DNA of 47,947 nucleotides from an uncultured Methanosarcinales archaeon (GTDB lineage Archaea; Nanobdellota; Nanobdellia; Woesearchaeales; CAZYIM01): NCBI GenBank assembly GCA_964647565.1, contig CAZYIM010000020.1, positions 1 to 47,947 of the forward strand, read 5' to 3'. Shown piece by piece: positions 10,750 to 19,183 of this stretch (position 1 is its first letter; each line of letters starts with the position of its first letter). The notes under the pieces were generated by a model. It saw only the letters and a program-made list of their open reading frames with translations, ran no database searches and was not told where the DNA came from. The position numbers and the translations under genes were made by a program.

Positions 10750-11175
10750 ATGGTAATCTTATTTGATCAATTTAACCTACCTGAAAACATTTACGAGATC
10801 ATTTTTGCTACAAAACAACAGGTTTTAGTGGCCAAGATGCTCGTTGAAGAGATGAAATTGAAAGGAGGCGAAATTGGAAAAACAGAGATGTCCATGTTTG
10901 CCACAGGATTACACGAAGGTATGGATATTGAAGCCAGAGATGGCCCGATGGGTTCAGTCAAAAAGAAAGTGACAATATCCTACAACAAGAGACAATTTTA
11001 TGACAGGATCCTTACACCGATGAAAACCATGGGCCTGATTGACTACGACCTGTATAAAAAGACCTACAAGCTCAGCGAAAAATTCAATAGAAATTCAATG
11101 AGGATCGGCCTGATGTGGCTACAAGAACTGAGGAAACCTCCAAAACCAATAAAATATGTAAACAAAAAATCATGA
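10750..11175 (+). CDS. Hypothetical protein, possibly winged-helix
   Basis: 141-aa ORF; the segment ILTPMKTMGLIDYDLYKKTYKLS looks like a wHTH wing. Confidence 0.7.
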   Translation: MVILFDQFNLPENIYEIIFATKQQVLVAKMLVEEMKLKGGEIGKTEMSMFATGLHEGMDIEARDGPMGSVKKKVTISYNKRQFYDRILTPMKTMGLIDYDLYKKTYKLSEKFNRNSMRIGLMWLQELRKPPKPIKYVNKKS

Positions 11176-11181
11176 TGAAAG

Positions 11182-11242
11182 AAAGCTCCCTATCACTTTT
11201 CTAACCACCCCTCCCCAACCCCCTTACTGAATAGGGAGCTTT
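11182..11242 (+). terminator. 12-bp stem with a 37-nt C-rich loop followed by a pyrimidine tract; candidate terminator or structured element
   Basis: AAAGCTCCCTAT (11182-11193) pairs with ATAGGGAGCTTT (11231-11242). Confidence 0.5.
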
Positions 11243-11300
11243 TCTTCTTTCTTCTTCTCGCTTAGAAAAGTATATAAACTCTTGAGATTTCTGCTTCATA

Positions 11301-11750
11301 ATGACCAATTACAAAGAATTAGCCAAAAAACATGGGCTTCCTGAGTTTTCAGAAATCAACAAGTACTTCGACATTGAAACTATAGAAGACAATCACATGA
11401 GTCTTAAGGCTATTGCCAAGAAAATAGGTGATAAAGTAGAAACATTTGCCAAGATCCTTGAGAACATTCTACAGCCCGAAAACGACTTGAGCAGCATGTA
11501 CGAATGTAATGCATTCAACGATGATGATAAAAAGGATGTCTTTGATATTTATAAACGGCTTCTTTATCTACACAGAAAACAAAATCTGCTCGAATTAGAA
11601 TTCGAGGATGCTTCAGGGATTGAGTTTATCAAACAGAGCTTTAGTGAATGGAAAGAACTAAAAAAACAGATTGAAAAGCTTATGATTAAGATGCAGGACT
11701 CCTGGAATAAAAAAAGTGAAAAAAAAGGAGATCCTGGTTATTTTGGATAA
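11301..11750 (+). CDS. Hypothetical helical protein
   Basis: 149-aa ORF preceded by a TATA-like TATAAA; ends GYFG. Confidence 0.75.
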   Translation: MTNYKELAKKHGLPEFSEINKYFDIETIEDNHMSLKAIAKKIGDKVETFAKILENILQPENDLSSMYECNAFNDDDKKDVFDIYKRLLYLHRKQNLLELEFEDASGIEFIKQSFSEWKELKKQIEKLMIKMQDSWNKKSEKKGDPGYFG

Positions 11751-11776
11751 ATAAAATCAGAGGGGTGTGTTCAAAT

Positions 11777-12406
11777 ATGAAACTTGTTATAATGGGTGCT
11801 CCTGGCAGCGGCAAGGGAACCCAGGCTGAAAAGATTGCTCAGAAATTTAATATACCACATATTTCTACAGGAGATATCTTCAGGGAGATACGAACTGAGG
11901 ATTCTGAGTTGGGAAGACGAGTAAGGAATCTGATTGATAATGGAAATCTGGTCGATGACAGCACTACAAATGAGATAGTTGCTAACAGGTTGAAGAAAGA
12001 CGATTGTGCCAAAGGATTTATGCTTGATGGGTTCCCACGAAACCTCTATCAAGCAGGGTTTCTTGAATCCTTAGCTAATATTGACTATGTCATTAATCTC
12101 GATGTCTCAAAAGATGAGTTAATCAAAAGGCAGACATCTCGTCGCATCTGTTCCGGATGTAAGGCCAACTACAACATAATCTACATCCCACCTAAACAAG
12201 AGAATATCTGTGATGACTGCGGCGGCAAGTTAATAATCAGGGCAGATTCGGAACCTGAAGCTGTCAAGACAAGATTGGACGTCTATAACAACCAGACAGT
12301 GCCCCTTATTGAGTTCTATCAACAAAAAAATAAGCTGCTAAATATTAATGGTGAACAGTCCATAGATAAAGTGTTTGCAGATATCGAACAAAAATTAGGC
12401 GCATAA
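11777..12406 (+). CDS. adk: Adenylate kinase (bacterial-type, zinc-binding LID)
   Basis: GAPGSGKGTQ, HISTGD, LDGFPR, CxxC...CxxC LID. Confidence 0.95.
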   Translation: MKLVIMGAPGSGKGTQAEKIAQKFNIPHISTGDIFREIRTEDSELGRRVRNLIDNGNLVDDSTTNEIVANRLKKDDCAKGFMLDGFPRNLYQAGFLESLANIDYVINLDVSKDELIKRQTSRRICSGCKANYNIIYIPPKQENICDDCGGKLIIRADSEPEAVKTRLDVYNNQTVPLIEFYQQKNKLLNINGEQSIDKVFADIEQKLGA

Positions 12407-13420
12407 AGCCTTGATCACTATTGTTGCATAGCTGCCTTTTGCCAAGTAGAACATTATTTTAATCTTCTTTTTATCTTTATTTAGTTCATCCGGTTCTAAG
12501 TCAGATATTTTCATATCCTTAACGTCAATCAGCAAGTCTCGAACATCCCCTTCACAGCTAATATGGGGCATACTTCTTATAATAAAATCATTCTGGCTAA
12601 TCTTTTCACGCTTCATAATCTCTTCAATCAAGCTCTTAATATCAGTCTCTTTAATCTCTAAACCAAAGCCAACAACAGGAATCTTTCTATTTTCCATGTC
12701 TTCAATAGGAAACACCATTTTTCCTTTTGAATAATCGATCTCCGCGTATTGCTTACACTGGTTCTGGATGTATGCCACGAGAGTCTCATTGAAGATATAG
12801 CTTTGTAAAGAAGGTAGATAAATTTTAAATATTGATTTAGGTATTTTTTTCAGTGCACCAACACTGTCCTTTGGCAGCACCGATATGTGCATCTTGACCT
12901 GTTGTTCATAGTCGCCTCGGCCTTTCAACACCAAATCAACTGCACTCTTAAAATCCGCCTTGACCAAAGCCCTGCCTATTTCAAGATTGTGTTTTGAGAA
13001 TCTCTGATCATCAAAATAATTGGGAATTGTTATGTTTTTATTCAACTTGAAATCCTGATCAAGATTCCGGACTACTATCTCAAAGCGGTTTCCAACAAGG
13101 TTACCAAGAACAATAGGCTGGTCTAGATAGCCAACAAAATCAAGATTGATATCATCAAGTTTAATTGTCTCTGATTTCTTCTGAAAGTCTCCTTTTACAG
13201 AGATGTACTGCCGGGTTATGGCTTGTTTGTCCTTCAGACCTGCACAGCTGATGAATTTTCTAGGAATATGAAGGATTTTAGATATTCTCTGAACAGCTTC
13301 CTCAGTCGTAAGTCCTTTTTTCTGTAATACAAATATAGTATAGCTGCCTTTAGACTTACACACAAGATCTGTCTTCTCTACAACCACAAAATCTTCTGGT
13401 TGTTGTTTTAGCTTAAACAT
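12395..13420 (-). CDS. truD: tRNA pseudouridine(13) synthase
   Basis: KQQPEDFVV, GLKDKQAITRQ, GNRFEI, PNYFDDQRF, LAKGSYAT. Confidence 0.95.
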   Translation of the reverse strand: MFKLKQQPEDFVVVEKTDLVCKSKGSYTIFVLQKKGLTTEEAVQRISKILHIPRKFISCAGLKDKQAITRQYISVKGDFQKKSETIKLDDINLDFVGYLDQPIVLGNLVGNRFEIVVRNLDQDFKLNKNITIPNYFDDQRFSKHNLEIGRALVKADFKSAVDLVLKGRGDYEQQVKMHISVLPKDSVGALKKIPKSIFKIYLPSLQSYIFNETLVAYIQNQCKQYAEIDYSKGKMVFPIEDMENRKIPVVGFGLEIKETDIKSLIEEIMKREKISQNDFIIRSMPHISCEGDVRDLLIDVKDMKISDLEPDELNKDKKKIKIMFYLAKGSYATIVIKALCA

Positions 13421-13467
13421 TATTGATAAGGAGTTATTACCCCTTTTTTAATTTGTTGTTATTTTTC

Positions 13468-13494
13468 TTTCTGTAGTCGAGTTTTCTACAACAA
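13468..13494. promoter_or_regulatory. Candidate operator, copy 1: TTTCTGT-N8-TTTCTACAACAA
   Basis: Same motif at 15153-15179; immediately upstream of a TTTATATA box. Confidence 0.5.
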
Positions 13495-13550
13495 TAGTTT
13501 ATATACGTTGAAATGTATCTATATTACAAAAACAAAGGAGGTGAACAACG

Positions 13551-13886
13551 ATGAAAAAAGACCGGAAAAAAGACCTGATACGAGAACTTGAAGCATCAGT
13601 AGCACACCATAACCTAGAGATGAAAGTTATCAGGGATCTGATGGCACAGGAGAACTACCAAGCAGCATACCAAAAAGCAATAAAAATGAATAGTTGGAGC
13701 AGTCAAGTGGCAGAGGTAAGGAAACAACTTGGTCAAAAGTTTCTTGAACATGGAGACTATGAGAAGGCCTGGAAATTGCTGCCAGCTAAAAAAGCATACT
13801 TCATGGAACAAGCAGCAAATCTTTACGAACAAGGCAAGCATGATAAAATAATAGAACTTGCAGGCTTTGTGAACCAAAAATCATAA
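13551..13886 (+). CDS. Hypothetical helical protein (TPR-like)
   Basis: Strong GGAGGTGA RBS; 111-aa ORF. Confidence 0.75.
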   Translation: MKKDRKKDLIRELEASVAHHNLEMKVIRDLMAQENYQAAYQKAIKMNSWSSQVAEVRKQLGQKFLEHGDYEKAWKLLPAKKAYFMEQAANLYEQGKHDKIIELAGFVNQKS

Positions 13887-13892
13887 AACACA

Positions 13893-14411
13893 ATGATAAA
13901 GAAATATATCTTAACAGGCGGTCCTGGTTCAGGCAAGACCAGCATACTTAATGCTCTGAGAACAAAAGGCGAATATATCATTAATGAAGCTGCAACCGAC
14001 TACATCAAGCAGAGGCAAGCTCAAGGTGTAATTGAGCCCTGGAAAGAGTCCGATTTCCAGAAAAAAATCCTCAAGTTACAGCTGGAACGAGAGAAGAACA
14101 TCCCTTCAACTATCGAACGGGTTTTCATAGACAGAGGATTGGCAGATGGATTGGTTTATGTTGAACCAGATTCAAAGCTCTCAAACCAAATCATCAAAGA
14201 ATCTAAAAAAAATATTTATGATCGCATCTTCTTTATAGACCCATTGTATAAAGTTGAAAAGAACGAGATCCGCAGGGAAGACAAAGAGGGGGCTTTGGGA
14301 CTAGGGGCAAAACTCAAGAAAGCGTATTACCAGCTTGGCTATGAGTTAATCTCAGTCGCCCCAGATACAATAGCTCAGAGGGTTAGAGTAATCTTAAACA
14401 ATCTTGATTAG
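13893..14411 (+). CDS. P-loop kinase, AAA_28 / NadR-kinase-like family
   Basis: LTGGPGSGKT, EAA, FIDRG, YDRIF, RRED. Confidence 0.85.
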   Translation: MIKKYILTGGPGSGKTSILNALRTKGEYIINEAATDYIKQRQAQGVIEPWKESDFQKKILKLQLEREKNIPSTIERVFIDRGLADGLVYVEPDSKLSNQIIKESKKNIYDRIFFIDPLYKVEKNEIRREDKEGALGLGAKLKKAYYQLGYELISVAPDTIAQRVRVILNNLD

Positions 14412-15121
14412 TTATCTTCTGCATGTCGCCACATAAAGTCAAAGTAGCCTTTATAGGCCTTTGCAGCAGCTTTGTTCTCAATTATTATGCCTTCTGGTTC
14501 ATCAGTCCAAATGATTATGGCAATCCTGTTACCATAAATGTTGGTCACTGTAGGACTCTCGACATTCGTATCTATATATCTATAGTCTGTCCTCTTGGTA
14601 TCAAGCTCCTGTCGATTCTTTCTTATGATCATCTTGGTCCTGATATCATTCTCTCTTTTTAACCTGTCAAACTGCTTTGCAAACTCAGGCATCCTTGCAG
14701 AGAACTGTCCCTCTGAACCAAAAACATAATTGTCTGCTCCTTTCCTGGCAATGTCTAAAAAAATAGTCTTCACACCCTTAACGCCTTTAAAGAGCCTGAC
14801 CTGGCCTTCGATCTTGCTAGCCTTGTGCCTTGCATGCAGCTCTGGCATGATCTGCTTGACATCTTCTTCTTGTTCTTTTAGATAGTCTAAAAGTCTCTTT
14901 GGTCCTGTTGCCTGGAACCATTTCACTTTACCTATCATTACGTAACTGGCAAGGCCTTTCTCAGTCAAGGATTTAAGTGCATTGTAGCAGCTGCTCCTGT
15001 CTATCTTTGCAAGCTTAGCAATCCTGCCAGCCTTAGTCGAACCATGGTCATTAAGAGTAAGATAGACCTTTATCTCATTCGGGCTAAATCCCATGTTTTC
15101 TAGTACAGTTTCGATCTTCAT
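14408..15121 (-). CDS. TrmB-family transcriptional regulator
   Basis: LENMGFSPNEIKVYLTL...SCYNALKSLTEKGL wHTH plus a C-terminal effector domain (IYGNRIAI, FDFMW). Confidence 0.9.
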   Translation of the reverse strand: MKIETVLENMGFSPNEIKVYLTLNDHGSTKAGRIAKLAKIDRSSCYNALKSLTEKGLASYVMIGKVKWFQATGPKRLLDYLKEQEEDVKQIMPELHARHKASKIEGQVRLFKGVKGVKTIFLDIARKGADNYVFGSEGQFSARMPEFAKQFDRLKRENDIRTKMIIRKNRQELDTKRTDYRYIDTNVESPTVTNIYGNRIAIIIWTDEPEGIIIENKAAAKAYKGYFDFMWRHAEDN

Positions 15122-15152
15122 AAAGTCTAGTAGCAAATTGAACTATATAAAT

Positions 15153-15179
15153 TTTCTGTTGATGATATTTCTACAACAA
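15153..15179. promoter_or_regulatory. Candidate operator, copy 2, between the divergent trmB and ndk
   Basis: TTTCTGT-TGATGATA-TTTCTACAACAA matches 13468-13494. Confidence 0.5.
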
Positions 15180-15215
15180 AGGTTGAAATAGTTGTTTCTG
15201 CCACATATTATTGAA

Positions 15216-15677
15216 ATGAACAAAGAAAACATTGAGAGAACGTTCGGAATCATCAAGCCAGAGGGTATTGAGAGGAAACTAGAATCAGAAATCTTTGAAA
15301 GGATTCATGAAAAAGGACTGATTGTCGACAAATCTATTCGGACTATTCTAAATGAATACCAGTTCCAGACCATCTACGGGCATGTACAAGAAAAGATCCC
15401 TAAAATCTACCCCAAGATGCAAGAATACCTGACCTCTAACCCTGTCTGGCTTCTCGAAATAAAAGGAAAGAATGCAGTTGAGGTCCTGCTCCAAGTAAGA
15501 GGTGCATCAAATGCAACTGATGCAAAACCTGGCACCATCAGGGGGGATTATGCCAAAGATCAGGATTATAAGATGACCCGAGAAAAAGGTCAAATTGCAT
15601 ACAACGTGTTCCACGCTTCAGATTCAAAAGAAGATGCAAAACAAATGCTAGAGATATTTTTTCACGGAGGTGCATAA
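15216..15677 (+). CDS. ndk: Nucleoside-diphosphate kinase
   Basis: ERTFGIIKPEG, PGTIRGDY, NVFHASDS (catalytic His). Confidence 0.92.
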   Translation: MNKENIERTFGIIKPEGIERKLESEIFERIHEKGLIVDKSIRTILNEYQFQTIYGHVQEKIPKIYPKMQEYLTSNPVWLLEIKGKNAVEVLLQVRGASNATDAKPGTIRGDYAKDQDYKMTREKGQIAYNVFHASDSKEDAKQMLEIFFHGGA

Positions 15678-15679
15678 CC

Positions 15680-18379
15680 ATGAAAAGCGACTTTTTTTAT
15701 TCTAAATCAACAGGGCTTTATGTCTCAAGGAAGCCCTTAAAGATTGACGGCAGAGTTAAAGAGGCAGCTCAGAGAGCCAATATAGATATTGAATGGGATG
15801 ATGAAGGACGGTTAAACTACATCGACTATGACAATTCTAGAAAACTGCTTGACACTCTTGAGGCGCACATGATGACCCCCACTGAATACTGGCAGGTAAT
15901 GAGTGATGCGATCAAGGAAGAGGATAAGGACATGATCCAAGAGCTGGTCTCAAACAAATATGCGGAGTGGCTTAATAGGGCCTATCTTAAAGATGGATCT
16001 TACATCGACAATCCAAAAATCCTTGGCAATTTCAAATACGAGGGAGAAATAAAGAAAAAGGATTTTCCTCACGGCAGACCTGGCTGGTTTAATCCAGAAA
16101 ATAACATTGATGCCGAAACAGGAATGCCAATTAAGGTTGAGATCAACAGGGAAAAGTATGCGACTAGCTGGAAATACTGGAATCCTGATACTTCTGTGAC
16201 TCCAACTGATACCTGTGCTCCAATCAGGGGTTATGTAACCTCTGTTGGCAAACCATCATGGGACTGCGGCATCCCTGCTGATTCAAGACAACCTGTAAAA
16301 ATAATTCGGGAGTGCAGGTATCAGCCATTGCAATCTGTAATCGACATCAACATACTCAAAAAAGCCTATGAAATAGTTGAATCAAAGGATAGCAATCAGC
16401 TGCTTGAGTTCCTGGTCCAAGAAGGTCATCATTTTGAAGGTTCATATGACTTAACTATTTACAAACTAAGGGAACAGTACTTTGATTTGCTTGGCAAAGC
16501 AGGTCTGAACGGAGAAAACATAAGCCAAGCAACAAAAAAACTCTGGAAGTCTGATAATGAATTTAGTTATGAAGGATTCGAGAAATATATACATTCAAGG
16601 CAAAAAAGTCTAGAAGAAGCCCTCGCCAATAACAAGGATGTGGTCTTTGTAATGGGTCACAAGAATCCTGATACAGACACAGTTGTGAGCGCTGTGTTTG
16701 AAGCTTGGAGAAATCATCTGATGAATGGGGATCAAGTGGAGTATATACCTGTCGTCCAGAGTAAAAGAATGCCTGATGAAATAGATCATCTTCTTGGTAA
16801 TCTCTCAAAAAGCATTATGTTCACAGACAACCAACTCTATAAAGATGCCAAGGATTCCGGCCTTGCCCGATGGATATCAGTTGACCAGAATTACGAACCT
16901 GAAGTACAAAAGTATTTCATCTCAATGATAGATCATCACATAGTCTCTGATGTTGCCAAGAACCAGGATATCCCAAAGACTCTCGAAATGGCCGGCTCAT
17001 GCACAGGTCTAATAACTCGAAAGTATATAGGCATGGGTCTTAAGATGCCTGAAAAACTGGCTAAGATCCTATATGGTGCTACGCTAATGGATACTGAAAA
17101 TAGAGTAGATCATAAGATGACTGCCCAAGATGAAAAAGTAATGTATTATCTTAAAGACAGGGCCCGAATAGAAAATGATCATCCCTTTTATCAGGAATTG
17201 ATGTCCTATCTGCTGAACACCAATGATGCAGACCTGCTCTTCAAAAGAGATTATAAAGAGGACTGGGGCTTTGGCTTTGCTGTCACCAAAATCAAGAAAG
17301 GTTTTTCAAGGGATGGACGAGTGTTGAAGACAGAGATGGTAGATAGGCTAAGGCAACTGGCTGTACAGAACAATGCAGATAAGAACCTGCCTCTCACTTT
17401 GCTCAGAGTTACAGATTATGAAGATGACAATGAGACTGTGAGAAGAGAACGTGTCTATCTGGAATACAACAAACAAGCTACAAAAGAGTTCAAACAAGCC
17501 ACATCTAATCTGCTTGAAAATATCATCAGGTTTGAGTTCCCGCAAACCAATCTTAACACAACAGACGCGTTTGTTGAGTTCTGGGGAACCGGCCTACAGC
17601 TTTCCAGAAAAAAGACCGCGCCAGTGCTAGAACCTATTGTCGAAGCCTTTAATCAGTATTTTTATTCACCTTCAATCGATCTCTGGGTAAAGCGTGATTT
17701 CCTAAGGCAATCTTCTGAATTAAAAGATGTTTACAAAGACCTCTCAACAGATGAAACTGGCAGAGTGAACTATGTAAATTATAAAGATGTCAAATGGATA
17801 GCTGATAAACTCGACTTTAGTGTCCTAAGCCTGCCTGAATACTGGCAGGTGTTAAAAGATGCTGAGAAAATCAAGGATGTGCAGATGATAGACTCACTGC
17901 AAGGAGCCAACTTTGTAGAGTTCTTAGACACCGCCATTGTTGACAAGAAGTATATGATAAATCATCCTGATCTTGACGGGGAGAAGGTTTTGGGAGAAAA
18001 ACAAAATGTCTATGTGCCAAAGGGTTTGCCAGGCCTCATCCACCCAAAGGATATTGACATGGAGACCGGCATTCCAAAAAAAGTCATGCCTCCTAATCAG
18101 TACGGCAATCCTGAGCTCTGGAGATACTGGGAACCTGATAGCAACTTAGTCTTCCCTTGCAGATCATATATCTTCTTGTTGGGTCAACCCTGTTGGGACG
18201 GCAAGTTCCATATCAACGACAGCTTCCCAAATCTGGGAGTTAGGCCTGTAGTTGAAAAACCACCCCAGCCAAAAGTGGAGGTTAGCTTTGATAGGGACTA
18301 TCTGGTAACTAACATCATTATGGGAGGAGATAAATTCATCAACAAATGGCCCAAGAACATAAGCGAGTTGTATAGATAA
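15680..18379 (+). CDS. Family II (DHH/DHHA2, Mn-dependent) inorganic pyrophosphatase domain flanked by two copies of an unknown ~200-aa domain
   Basis: GHKNPDTD, IDHH, GSCT, MDT, DYKE, SRKK; N- and C-terminal regions align with each other. Confidence 0.85.
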   Translation: MKSDFFYSKSTGLYVSRKPLKIDGRVKEAAQRANIDIEWDDEGRLNYIDYDNSRKLLDTLEAHMMTPTEYWQVMSDAIKEEDKDMIQELVSNKYAEWLNRAYLKDGSYIDNPKILGNFKYEGEIKKKDFPHGRPGWFNPENNIDAETGMPIKVEINREKYATSWKYWNPDTSVTPTDTCAPIRGYVTSVGKPSWDCGIPADSRQPVKIIRECRYQPLQSVIDINILKKAYEIVESKDSNQLLEFLVQEGHHFEGSYDLTIYKLREQYFDLLGKAGLNGENISQATKKLWKSDNEFSYEGFEKYIHSRQKSLEEALANNKDVVFVMGHKNPDTDTVVSAVFEAWRNHLMNGDQVEYIPVVQSKRMPDEIDHLLGNLSKSIMFTDNQLYKDAKDSGLARWISVDQNYEPEVQKYFISMIDHHIVSDVAKNQDIPKTLEMAGSCTGLITRKYIGMGLKMPEKLAKILYGATLMDTENRVDHKMTAQDEKVMYYLKDRARIENDHPFYQELMSYLLNTNDADLLFKRDYKEDWGFGFAVTKIKKGFSRDGRVLKTEMVDRLRQLAVQNNADKNLPLTLLRVTDYEDDNETVRRERVYLEYNKQATKEFKQATSNLLENIIRFEFPQTNLNTTDAFVEFWGTGLQLSRKKTAPVLEPIVEAFNQYFYSPSIDLWVKRDFLRQSSELKDVYKDLSTDETGRVNYVNYKDVKWIADKLDFSVLSLPEYWQVLKDAEKIKDVQMIDSLQGANFVEFLDTAIVDKKYMINHPDLDGEKVLGEKQNVYVPKGLPGLIHPKDIDMETGIPKKVMPPNQYGNPELWRYWEPDSNLVFPCRSYIFLLGQPCWDGKFHINDSFPNLGVRPVVEKPPQPKVEVSFDRDYLVTNIIMGGDKFINKWPKNISELYR

Positions 18380-18439
18380 ATGATTCAAAGTTGCTATTTT
18401 TCCAACAATTTTATATAGATTCTAGCATTCCCTTTTATT

Positions 18440-19123
18440 ATGAAAGCATTAAAGTATTTGTTGACTATAGGATTGGGTTGTTTCCTTACAGTTATGCCGC
18501 TCAAGGCGCAAGAAGAAAGGTATCCGATATTGGACAGGATCCCAACTCCAATTGAACAATTGGAAAGCATCCATACAGCAGATAATCTTTCTATTGATGA
18601 GAAAATTAGATGTTATATTCAAAAGTTCGGGGAACGGATAAGTCTTGGAAAGCAGCTAAATGGTCCGGATCATCTCGGGAAAAAGGAATGGGTGACCTAT
18701 AAAAAAGAATTGTATGTTATAACACCCGAACTTAAGACTACAGACCTGATTGCAGAATTCTGTGCATTCTATGAGACTCTTGAAAAAGATGCGACAGGAG
18801 AATGGCCGACCTTAAATGAGATAGATGAGTTCTCACCAGCTGATGTGATTGAGGCAGATCCTGTCATCTATATTGATATTGATGTAGATCTTAAGCTGGA
18901 AAAGGCAAAGGCTCATGACAGCGGAAGAGGTGCACATTATAACAAAAGGTTTGGTAGGTTAGATGAAGATGACAGTTTCAAAAGCGATTCTCCCCTCGAA
19001 CCATCAGCTGTTGAATACAGAAATGATTTTCTCCCTACAATTGAAGAGATTCTTTATGAAGGTCTCAAGTATAGATTTGAGAACCTGCCTTTGATTGAAA
19101 AATTAATGGAAGAAAGCAAATAA
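18440..19123 (+). CDS. Hypothetical secreted protein
   Basis: N-terminal signal-peptide-like sequence; acidic 227-aa ORF. Confidence 0.7.
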   Translation: MKALKYLLTIGLGCFLTVMPLKAQEERYPILDRIPTPIEQLESIHTADNLSIDEKIRCYIQKFGERISLGKQLNGPDHLGKKEWVTYKKELYVITPELKTTDLIAEFCAFYETLEKDATGEWPTLNEIDEFSPADVIEADPVIYIDIDVDLKLEKAKAHDSGRGAHYNKRFGRLDEDDSFKSDSPLEPSAVEYRNDFLPTIEEILYEGLKYRFENLPLIEKLMEESK

Positions 19124-19183
19124 TCACTAAAAAGTAGTCAAATACAGAAAGATTTTTATATTATTTTACATTATTAATACTAT

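Noticed and set aside
15680..18379. Possible diversity-generating retroelement target (CLec-like repeats)
   Set aside because: No reverse transcriptase in the window and no near-identical TR/VR nucleotide pair with adenine-specific mismatches; the repeats are old protein-level duplicates
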